Shown piece by piece: positions 10,447-17,380 of a stretch of 20,604 nucleotides of DNA. This DNA comes from Allobaculum fili (GTDB lineage: Bacteria; Bacillota_I; Bacilli_A; Erysipelotrichales; Erysipelotrichaceae): contig NZ_JAHDSX010000041.1 in NCBI RefSeq assembly GCF_020969955.1, forward strand, positions 1-20,604, given 5' to 3'. The position numbers and the translations under genes are program-made. The notes beneath the pieces were generated by a model. The model was not told the origin of the DNA and made no database searches. It saw nothing but the letters and a program-made list of their open reading frames with translations. Position 1 is the stretch's first letter; each line of letters begins with the position of its first letter.

Positions 10447-10461
10447 GAAGGAGGAAACGAA

Positions 10462-10899
10462 ATGAAACTGCATGAACTTTCCCAGAGTCAGTCCCGCAAA
10501 GCGAGAAAAAGAGTAGGACGCGGACCTGGTTCCGGCCTCGGCAAAACTGCCGGCCGCGGACAGAAAGGTCAGAAAGCCCGTTCCGGCGGCGGCGTTCGTC
10601 TCGGATTTGAAGGCGGACAGACCACACTGGCCCGCCGTCTTCCAAAGCGCGGCTTTACCAACTTCAACCGTAAGGAATATGCCATCATCAACGTGGCAGA
10701 TCTGAACCGTTTTGAAGACGGAACCCACGTAACGCCACAGCTTCTCAAGGAAACCGGCATGCTGAAAAAACAGCTCGCTGGTGTCAAAGTCCTCGGTGAA
10801 GGAACTCTCGAGAAGAAGCTCACCGTAAGTGCTGCAAAATTCTCCAAGAGTGCTGAAGAAGCCATCGTCAAAGCAGGCGGAACCGTAGAGGTTCTCTAA
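10462..10899 (+). CDS. rplO: 50S ribosomal protein L15
   Basis: 145 aa, MKLHEL...[29 protein letters not shown]. Starts 15 nt after rpsE, so no L30 gene intervenes. Confidence 0.97.
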   Translation: MKLHELSQSQSRKARKRVGRGPGSGLGKTAGRGQKGQKARSGGGVRLGFEGGQTTLARRLPKRGFTNFNRKEYAIINVADLNRFEDGTHVTPQLLKETGMLKKQLAGVKVLGEGTLEKKLTVSAAKFSKSAEEAIVKAGGTVEVL

Positions 10900-10900
10900 A

Positions 10901-12208
10901 ATGAAAACTGTTAAGGCAATCTTTGAGAACAAGGACATCCGTAACCGTCTCCTGTTCACTCTCTTTGCCTTCCTGGTGTACCGTCTGGGATGCGCAATTA
11001 CCGTCCCCGACGTAAACACCGCCGGACTGGTTGGCAGCCTGGAAAATAACAGCCTGTTTGCGATGATGAGCCTGCTTGGAGGCGGCGGACTGGAACAGTT
11101 CTCCGTTTTCGCAATCGGTGTTACTCCCTATATCACCGCTTCCATCATCATCCAGCTCTTAAGCACGGATGTTATCCCAGCGCTGACTGAACTTTCCAAA
11201 CAGGGTGCAACCGGACGCAAGAAACTCGATCAGTACACCCGCTATCTGGCGGTTGTCTTCGGTTTCGTGCAGTCCATCTCCCTGACGTACAGCTTTAACA
11301 ATATGTACAGCGGTCTGTTCTACAACGGTCTTTCGACCGCCAGACTTCTGTACGTTGCCATGATCTTTACTGCAGGCTCCATGTTCCTGGTATGGCTTGG
11401 TGACCAGATCTCCTTAAAAGGCCTCGGCAACGGTATGTCCATGATCATCATGGCCGGTATCGTCGGCCGCATGCCGCAGCAGTTCTCTGCTGCGTGGTCT
11501 TCCCTGGTTACCGGTGCAGACGGTGCAGCTGCTCCCGCAAACGGAGGCTGGATCTTCGCCGCCTACATCCTCGTCTACCTGCTGATCATCGTCTTTGTCG
11601 TACTGATCAACACGGCAGAGCTGAAAATTCGAATCCAGTACACTTCGAGTTCTATGTCTCTGTCCAAAAAGGCTACGATGAACTACCTGCCGCTGAAGAT
11701 TAATACGGCTTCCGTTATCCCAGTCATCTTTGCTTCTTCGGTAATGATGGCTCCGATTCAGGTCGCCAGCTTCTTCGCAAACGGCGCTTCCTGGTACACC
11801 ACCATGTCCAACTGGCTTGGCCTTCGTACCTGGTACTCGCTGACCATCTACGTAGTTCTGATTATTCTGTTTACCTTCTTCTACTCCAAGATGCAGGTTA
11901 ACCCGGAGCAGGTCGCTGAGAACCTCGCCAAATCTGGCGCATACATTCCCAGCGTTCGTCCAGGCAAGCAGACGGAAACCTATCTGGACAAAGCCCTTTC
12001 CCGTATTACCGTACTCGGCGCGCTGGCCCTTTCGGCTATCGCTGTTCTCCCGCATCTGATGCCTCTCATCTGGCCTCAGCTGCCGACGTCCATGGCTCTG
12101 GGTGGCACCGGAATGATCATCGTTGTCGGTGTTGCGATTGAGACCGTACGTCAGATTCAGGGACTGGTAACCCAGAAAGCGTACAAGAAGTACTACGACT
12201 TCGATTAA
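10901..12208 (+). CDS. secY: Preprotein translocase subunit SecY
   Basis: 435 aa polytopic membrane protein, FTLFAFLVYRLG..I.VP, GITPYITASIIIQLL, in the canonical position after rplO. Confidence 0.97.
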   Translation: MKTVKAIFENKDIRNRLLFTLFAFLVYRLGCAITVPDVNTAGLVGSLENNSLFAMMSLLGGGGLEQFSVFAIGVTPYITASIIIQLLSTDVIPALTELSKQGATGRKKLDQYTRYLAVVFGFVQSISLTYSFNNMYSGLFYNGLSTARLLYVAMIFTAGSMFLVWLGDQISLKGLGNGMSMIIMAGIVGRMPQQFSAAWSSLVTGADGAAAPANGGWIFAAYILVYLLIIVFVVLINTAELKIRIQYTSSSMSLSKKATMNYLPLKINTASVIPVIFASSVMMAPIQVASFFANGASWYTTMSNWLGLRTWYSLTIYVVLIILFTFFYSKMQVNPEQVAENLAKSGAYIPSVRPGKQTETYLDKALSRITVLGALALSAIAVLPHLMPLIWPQLPTSMALGGTGMIIVVGVAIETVRQIQGLVTQKAYKKYYDFD

Positions 12209-12224
12209 TCAACACGAAACTATG

Positions 12225-12255
12225 AATCCGGCTGATTAACTCAGCCGGATTTTTT
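12225..12255 (+). terminator. Intrinsic terminator/attenuator between secY and adk
   Basis: Perfect 11-bp stem AATCCGGCTGA (12225..12235) / TCAGCCGGATT (12241..12251), loop TTAAC, then a T-run to 12255. The adk SD GGAGA follows immediately. Confidence 0.75.
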
Positions 12256-12266
12256 GGAGACAGACT

Positions 12267-12920
12267 ATGAATATTTTAATTATGGGAGCCCCAGGCTCTG
12301 GCAAAGGAACCTTCAGCAGCCGTCTGAAAGAAACGTACAACCTTGACCATATTTCTACCGGCGATCTGTTCCGCGAAAACATTTCCAAAGGAACCGATCT
12401 GGGCAAGGAAGCCAAAAGCTGCATCGATGCCGGTCACCTTGTACCGGATGATATCGTTAACCGCATGGTTCTGGACTACCTCGCTAACCGCATGGACAAA
12501 TCCAAGGACGGCTATCTGCTCGACGGCTATCCCCGCACGCTCGAACAGGCTAAAACCTTCAAGAAGATGACCGATTCCACGGATCTGGCTACCGATGTCG
12601 TTCTTTACCTCGACGTCCCGGAAGATGTGCTGACCAAGCGCATTCTCGGCCGCCGTTCCTGCCCGAACTGCGGCGAAATTTTCAATATCTACTTCAAACC
12701 GTCCGCAAAGGAAGGCATCTGCGACAACTGCGGTCATGAACTGACTTACCGCGCAGATGACAACGAAGAAAGTCTGAAAACACGTCTCGGCGACTACCAT
12801 GCCCTGACGGAACCAGTGATCGGCTTCTATCACGATCTTGGCCTCCTCAAAAAAGTGGATGCTAACCGCGATTTTGAAGCGATCTGGACAGACATTGTCG
12901 AAAACCTGAAGCAGGCATAA
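12267..12920 (+). CDS. adk: Adenylate kinase (zinc-lid form)
   Basis: 217 aa, P-loop GAPGSGKGT, and a LID with CPNC...CDNC Cys4. Confidence 0.97.
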   Translation: MNILIMGAPGSGKGTFSSRLKETYNLDHISTGDLFRENISKGTDLGKEAKSCIDAGHLVPDDIVNRMVLDYLANRMDKSKDGYLLDGYPRTLEQAKTFKKMTDSTDLATDVVLYLDVPEDVLTKRILGRRSCPNCGEIFNIYFKPSAKEGICDNCGHELTYRADDNEESLKTRLGDYHALTEPVIGFYHDLGLLKKVDANRDFEAIWTDIVENLKQA

Positions 12921-13159
12921 CATTCCGACCTTGCCTGCTCTACGATTCGATTCTGATGCGCGTCCTGGGAAATCCAAATCTTTATCCCCGTTTTGGATTC
13001 TGATCCGCACCGTTTCGAATCGCATTTGCCTCAAAACGATATTCATCTCTAGTTCTGTTTTCTGTTTCAAAGCGTAAAATCACACGCCATTCCGCTCCCC
13101 CGCAAGCTGCGGATTCATGCAACAGGAACGCAGGATATTAGAGTCGATCGATCCTCAAT

Positions 13160-13192
13160 CCCTGCTTTTCTTTCGAAAAGGGGGATTTTTTT
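13160..13192 (+). terminator. Intrinsic terminator about 240 nt downstream of adk
   Basis: CCCT(G)CTTTTC - TTTC - GAAAAGGGGG hairpin (13160..13184), followed by A and seven T (13186..13192). It is oriented for the + strand only. Confidence 0.7.
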
Positions 13193-13465
13193 AATACGCC
13201 AACGCCGTTCATCCGATCGGCAGCTCCGTTTCAACGACACCCGATCAGTGGGCCCCCATCGCCCTAAAACGACAGATGACAGGTCAGCTGCAAGCCGGAA
13301 TTGCGCCTTAAACACAGTCAAAAAGGTGTCTGATATTTCTGCATATCCAAAACCGTACTCCCGTGAAGCGGGCATAATAAAAGTACAGATGAACTCTTCA
13401 AAAGAGCTATTCTGTCTCATCATCATCAGCGGCCATCGCCGCATAAACAGGAGATGTAATCAACC

Positions 13466-13600
13466 ATGGATAGAAAAATGAATCCAGATCATAAGGACAT
13501 TGCGCAAGACTGGATGAGCGTTCGGCATTCGGTTCATCAGTACAACGGAACGCCGTTGCCCATGGAAAATCAGAAAAAAAGCGTCAGTTCGGACGCCTGA
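13466..13600 (+). pseudogene. 44-codon stub resembling the N-terminus of a nitroreductase-family protein
   Basis: ATG 13466 with AGGAG 12 nt upstream: MDRKMNPDHKDIAQDWMSVRHSVHQYNGTPLPMENQKKSVSSDA*. The R-x-S-V-x-x-Y-x-x-x-P-L segment resembles the conserved N-terminal R-R-S-x-R-x-Y/F motif of nitroreductases. The frame stops 6 nt before the converging hydrolase gene. Confidence 0.3.
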
Positions 13601-13606
13601 ATGGGT

Positions 13607-14107
13607 TCAGAATGCGGTATTCATCTGCGATGCACCAATGGTTCTTTTCATGACCGTGATCGCGGCTTCATGGCCTCTGGAGCCTCCATTGCTTGCGCAA
13701 TAGTTCAGGAGCACTTCGAAGGGAATATCGGATTCGAATGCGTCGGTGCAGCTTTTCAGTACGCAGCAGTCGGTATCGATCCCGACAAAGTAAAGCCGGT
13801 CAATGGAATTCTGCGCAAGAAATTCCCTGAACTCATCCGTAAAACAGGAATAGATCTTTTTCTGGATAATCCGTTCACTTACCTGCGCGACGAAAGGATC
13901 CACCTGCGTAGAAGGCGTGTTTTCCATCAGACCCGTCCAGCCCATTCGAGAGACATAGGGGGAATCTGGCGTGTTAATAAACTGGGTAGCGACGAAATGA
14001 TCAAAATGCCGCCGGGACAGCAATGTTTTGAGGTTTGAAGGGACATCTTCCGTCGCAGGGGATAAAAACCCTTTCTGTACATCAATGATCACCAGACAGT
14101 CAGACAT
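13607..14107 (-). CDS. Isochorismatase-family cysteine hydrolase
   Basis: 166 aa from MSDCLVIIDVQKGF (catalytic Asp) through QKKIYS (Lys) to YFVGIDTDCCVL (catalytic Cys). SD GAAGGGGTGA. I prefer ATG 14107 over the track start 14188, which lies inside the upstream gene. Confidence 0.82.
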   Translation of the reverse strand: MSDCLVIIDVQKGFLSPATEDVPSNLKTLLSRRHFDHFVATQFINTPDSPYVSRMGWTGLMENTPSTQVDPFVAQVSERIIQKKIYSCFTDEFREFLAQNSIDRLYFVGIDTDCCVLKSCTDAFESDIPFEVLLNYCASNGGSRGHEAAITVMKRTIGASQMNTAF

Positions 14108-14112
14108 CGAAA

Positions 14113-15421
14113 TCACCCCTTCTTGATAATAAAAATAATACCAGAGACAAAGATGATCCCGGCAGCCGTTATCCAGAAGAAGCGCCATCCATCCGTAAGC
14201 TGTTCTTCGAAAAGGGAAAAGAGCGTAGTCAGAATATCCAGATACGCAATGATGAAAAGCAGGATTTCACTTAGCCAGCCATATTTGCGCTGACGCTGGT
14301 TTTCCTCGGTTGTACGATCTTCAATCAGATATTCCAGGCGCTCAATAAGCTGATCCTTGTACTCCGTAAGTCCGCTCGACTCGATCAGCGCATTTCGAAT
14401 TCTTGAAACGTAAACCGGCATGCTGGAATCCGCGGTCGTCATGAACTGATTGTAGCGAGTAAGGTACTGATTCCGTAATTTTCGCAGACTCAGGGAAGAA
14501 GCGGTTTCGGTGTCGGGACAGCCGAGATCCTGTAAAAGACAATACGTATACATCCACATGGCCTGCAAATCGATTTCCAGTGCATCCATAAACCGGACAT
14601 AGTCTTTTCGAATTTCCCTGGAAGAGGTTATTACGGCAGCCCAGCTGATGTATACGTCGATATCTTCCCTTAATTCATAATCGTGAGGCAGCTCAACATC
14701 GGAAAGATCGGACTGATAGGGATCATGCATGTCATCTGTCAGAGGACATACGAAGGAATCTTCTTCATTGGCAAGGCTTGGCATCAGAAGAATTTTTAAA
14801 GATTTCACAAATGTGTCATCCGTTTTCATCATTTCCATATACTCCGCTATACTCCGCTGGATCAAGCCCTGTACAGAAATGACTGACGGTCATGACATAC
14901 GACAATCCATTCGATTCCCAGTCTTCTTTCGAACTCTGCCGATGAGAGGAAGGAATGAGCGCACAAATCTGATGAAGCGCACGCAGCGTTTTCTGCATGG
15001 CGAGGGAAACAGCCGGATCTTCAAAACTGCAGATCCGGCTGTGCGCTTCGCGCCGGGAACGGCAGTAGTCCTTGGCAAACTGAGCTTTGCGAATGAGAAA
15101 GGAATCGTCGCACAAGGAGAAAACGGCAATGCCGCTTTTAAAGATATACAGATCAAGCCGGCTTTGAATATGCCAGCCTGCAGCAAGATCCGGGGAAAGC
15201 TTAACCAGAAATTCGGATCGTTCGACAGGAGCAAAATGATTCAGGCTCATGTACCGATCGATATGTTCCAGAGAGGTACCAGTTAATTCGCCGCCCAGAT
15301 CGGCGGGGATATAGCGCCAGGGCTGAATAAAGGGTGAAGGGCATACGGTCTCCTGCTCAGGACTTGATCCTGCTGCAGACAAATCGGCCGTCGGACAGAA
15401 AAGGTAAGACAGAACGCCCAA
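14113..15421 (-). pseudogene. Uncharacterised membrane protein (soluble N-domain plus C-terminal 2-TM hairpin) split by a 10-bp tandem duplication
   Basis: Track ORFs 14816..15421 and 14113..14865 overlap by 50 nt in different frames. Deleting one copy of the repeat at 14838..14858 fuses them exactly (...SHFCTGLDPAEY|MEMMKTDDTFVKSL...) into about 432 codons. The C-terminus has two hydrophobic helices (LSEILLFIIAYLDILTTLFSLF and WRFFWITAAGIIFVSGIIFII) ending KKG. The start is uncertain (TTG 15421, no SD). Confidence 0.7.
14838..14858. repeat. Perfect 10-bp tandem duplication (ATACTCCGCT x2) inside a coding region
   Basis: Plus strand 14839..14848 equals 14849..14858. The unit length is not a multiple of 3, and the repeat lies exactly in the overlap of the two ORF halves. 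Confidence 0.95.
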
Positions 15422-15541
15422 AAGAGCAAGAAGAGAAGACAGAATATCCAGATTTCATATTTCGTCAGTTTCTTCTGCACAACGCATCGTGTCGGATGGT
15501 TTTACAGGCAGGATGAGCAAGTCAAATGAGAATTTTATTTC

Positions 15542-15570
15542 CATATATAATACGGACTGGTCTACGACAA
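15542..15570 (-). promoter_or_regulatory. Weak candidate promoter for the minus-strand module
   Basis: Minus strand TTGTCG (complement of 15565..15570), 17 nt, TATATG (complement of 15542..15547). Confidence 0.25.
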
Positions 15571-16049
15571 ACCAGATCGATTTCTGAGGATGGATAAGAA
15601 GTGAAAAGAATGAACCGAATAAAACCAAAAATGAAATCAAATCATCGGCTTCTTCTTCTCCCCCTCAACCCGCACATCGTCTATAGATGCCTGTTGTTTT
15701 CAGGTGCATTCGATGCCAGCGCGAAAATGAGAACGAAATAACAGAGCAAGGAAATATCATCGAGCGTATTTCTGTGCCGGGACCGATGGATAATCGAAGC
15801 CGAAGGGGATTGCCGCCAGCAAACCGGCTGACCCTTGCATGAATCCATAATGGATATTTCATGTCGAATCGCTGAACGAACTGTTTTTCCTTTTTGACGG
15901 AACAGGCAGTCTGGAAAGGAAAAAGAGTCCCATAAGAGGAGAATGTTTCGTTTTCCGCTAAGATAAAGGAGAAGAAGTACGTACGGGCAGAAAAGACCCG
16001 TCCGGATTCGTTCACAAACTTTCACAAAATGTTTCAAATGGGTCATAAC

Positions 16050-16078
16050 TTGAAACGAAAGGCAATTGCGTCTATACT
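16050..16078 (+). promoter_or_regulatory. Near-consensus sigma-A promoter driving rpmJ-rpsM-rpsK-rpoA-rplQ
   Basis: TTGAAA (16050..16055), exactly 17 nt, TATACT (16073..16078). An AT-rich tract lies upstream (16011..16045). The predicted transcription start site (TSS) is near 16084..16087. Confidence 0.7.
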
Positions 16079-16083
16079 GATTA

Positions 16084-16313
16084 GGCGCAATTTGTTTTAC
16101 CAATGGTTCCTGAACGTGAATCATCAGGGCAGCGCCCTCAGCCGTCCGGCCCGCGGTCAGTGCCCGAAAGGGAATTCCGTGAACGCCGCGAAAGCGACAA
16201 GTAATGGATCGCGCCATCAGAAATTTCAATCATCACGTTTCTGCTAAAATACGCTCACTGTGTATGAGCGGATTTTAGAAGGTTGAATACGTGAATACGA
16301 AAGGGGTATACAC
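16084..16313 (+). promoter_or_regulatory. About 230-nt 5' leader of rpmJ with a GC-rich, potentially structured core (candidate cis-regulatory RNA, class unknown)
   Basis: GGCGC (16084..16088) can pair with GCGCC (16211..16215), enclosing a GC-rich segment. That segment has two GNRA-capped mini-helices, CCC-GAAA-GGG (16163..16172) and CGC-GAAA-GCG (16187..16196). Alternative helices are GGGCA/UGCCC (16127..16131 with 16161..16165) and CGCGG/CCGCG (16152..16156 with 16186..16190). I recognise no credible protein in this stretch. Confidence 0.4.
16249..16276 (+). terminator. Terminator-like hairpin inside the rpmJ leader (possible attenuator)
   Basis: ATACGCTCA (16249..16257) / TGAGCGGAT (16265..16273), 9 positions with one A.G mismatch, 7-nt loop, then only 4 U (16273..16276). 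This is weak as a terminator. Confidence 0.35.
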
Positions 16314-16427
16314 ATGAAAGTAAGACCATCCGTGAAACCCATCTGTGACAAATGCCGTGTCATCCGCCGCAAAGGCAGAGTCATGGTAATTTGCGAAAAC
16401 CCGAAGCATAAACAGAGACAGGGTTAA
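16314..16427 (+). CDS. rpmJ: 50S ribosomal protein L36
   Basis: Absent from the ORF track (too short). Hand translation: [45 protein letters not shown] at 16301..16306. Confidence 0.95.
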   Translation: MKVRPSVKPICDKCRVIRRKGRVMVICENPKHKQRQG

Positions 16428-16448
16428 TTAGGACAACAGGAGGAACAA

Positions 16449-16814
16449 ATGGCTCGTATTGCAGGAGTTGACATTCCAAATAACAAACGGTCTGTCATTG
16501 CCTTAACTTATATTTATGGAATCGGCAAACCTACTGCCGAAAAGATCCTTGCAGACTGCAAGATCAGCGAAGACACCCGCATCAAAGATCTGAGCGAAGC
16601 AGAAATGAACGCACTGCGTAAAGCAGTTGACCAGATCAAGGTAGAAGGCGACCTTCGCCGTGAAGTACAGCTGAACATCAAACGTCTGATGGAAATCGGC
16701 TGCTACAGAGGTATCCGTCACCGCAAAGGACTTCCAGTTCGCGGTCAGAGAACCAAGACTAATGCCAGAACACGCAAGGGCAAGGCGAAAACAGTAGCCA
16801 ACAAGAAGAAGTAG
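16449..16814 (+). CDS. rpsM: 30S ribosomal protein S13
   Basis: 121 aa, [14 protein letters not shown]...LTYIYGIG...[25 protein letters not shown]. Confidence 0.98.
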   Translation: MARIAGVDIPNNKRSVIALTYIYGIGKPTAEKILADCKISEDTRIKDLSEAEMNALRKAVDQIKVEGDLRREVQLNIKRLMEIGCYRGIRHRKGLPVRGQRTKTNARTRKGKAKTVANKKK

Positions 16815-16836
16815 AAAGGACTGGTGAAATACTGAT

Positions 16837-17226
16837 ATGGCAAAGAAACAGCAGATTAGAAAACGTCGCGTTAAAAAGAATGTTGCCAGAGGTATGGCGC
16901 ACATCCACTCTACATTCAACAACACGATCGTAACCATTACCGACGAAGGCGGTAACGCAATTTCCTGGAGCTCCGCTGGAGCACTCGGCTTCAAGGGAAG
17001 CCGTAAGAGCACACCGTATGCAGCACAGATGGCTGCTGAGGCTGCAGGCAAGGCTGCAATGGATCACGGTATGAAATCCGTTGCGGTTGAAGTAAAAGGT
17101 CCAGGTCCTGGACGTGAAGCCGCTGTCCGTGCTCTGCAGGTTGCAGGTCTGGACATCACAATGATCAACGACGTAACACCTATTCCCCATAACGGATGCC
17201 GTCCGCCGAAGAGACCACGCGGCTAA
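16837..17226 (+). CDS. rpsK: 30S ribosomal protein S11
   Basis: 129 aa, [44 protein letters not shown]...[12 protein letters not shown]. Confidence 0.98.
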   Translation: MAKKQQIRKRRVKKNVARGMAHIHSTFNNTIVTITDEGGNAISWSSAGALGFKGSRKSTPYAAQMAAEAAGKAAMDHGMKSVAVEVKGPGPGREAAVRALQVAGLDITMINDVTPIPHNGCRPPKRPRG

Positions 17227-17380
17227 TCCATCCGGATCAATTCATTTCCTGAACATCACTGATCCATTGGCCAGCCGGCTATTCCGGTTTCGGGTCAATC
17301 CATTTTGTTTTGGATGAAATCCGGTCAATGATAAGGAAAGAATTCATCGCTCTATTGGGAAATAAAGGAGGCCCGGCAGA

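Noticed and set aside
9886-11019. 377-aa ORF on the - strand, antisense to rplR/rpsE/rplO/secY.
   Set aside because: This is a shadow ORF opposite highly codon-biased ribosomal genes. It has no SD, a junk-like Cys/Phe/Ser-rich composition, and the sense-strand genes are unambiguous.
13014-13021. TTCGAATC, resembling a tRNA T-loop.
   Set aside because: The flanks cannot form the 5-bp T-stem and there is no acceptor or anticodon arm. It is not a tRNA.
13601-14038. 145-aa + strand ORF.
   Set aside because: Antisense to the isochorismatase-family gene, whose catalytic motifs are clear.
16121-16127. CUGAUGA on the - strand, suggestive of a hammerhead ribozyme core.
   Set aside because: There is no adjacent stem II followed by GAAAC, and no three-way junction. 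An isolated heptamer is expected by chance.
16105-16200. Possible TPP, cobalamin or FMN riboswitch. Local strings such as CCUGA...CAGCG, AGGGAA..GUGAA and GGGCAG/CCCGCG looked reminiscent of those classes.
   Set aside because: The diagnostic cores are absent or out of order on both strands. These are CUGAGA plus ACCUGAUCUGGAUAAUGCCAGCG for TPP, the B12 box, and the RFN GGUGAAAUUCC...ACCGGCGGU pattern.
15665-16229. - strand ORFs 15665..16015 (116 aa) and 15681..16229 (182 aa), and + ORF 16029..16247 (72 aa).
   Set aside because: They overlap one another in different frames, lack an SD, have implausible composition, and run across the strong + strand promoter and leader. I treat them as non-coding or decayed.
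16103-16278. Two tandem mini-ORFs in the rpmJ leader (16103..16204, 33 aa; 16204..16278, 24 aa, TAATG-linked) that could be attenuation leader peptides.
   Set aside because: Neither has an SD (TTTGTTTTACCAATG), and there are no runs of regulatory codons. I kept them only as an alternative explanation in the leader finding.
17227-17380. 154-nt rpsK-rpoA spacer with small inverted repeats (GGATCA/TGATCC, ATCCA/TGGAT).
   Set aside because: A long spacer at this junction is normal in Bacillota, where rpsD is encoded elsewhere. The stems are short with large loops, so nothing is distinctive enough to report.
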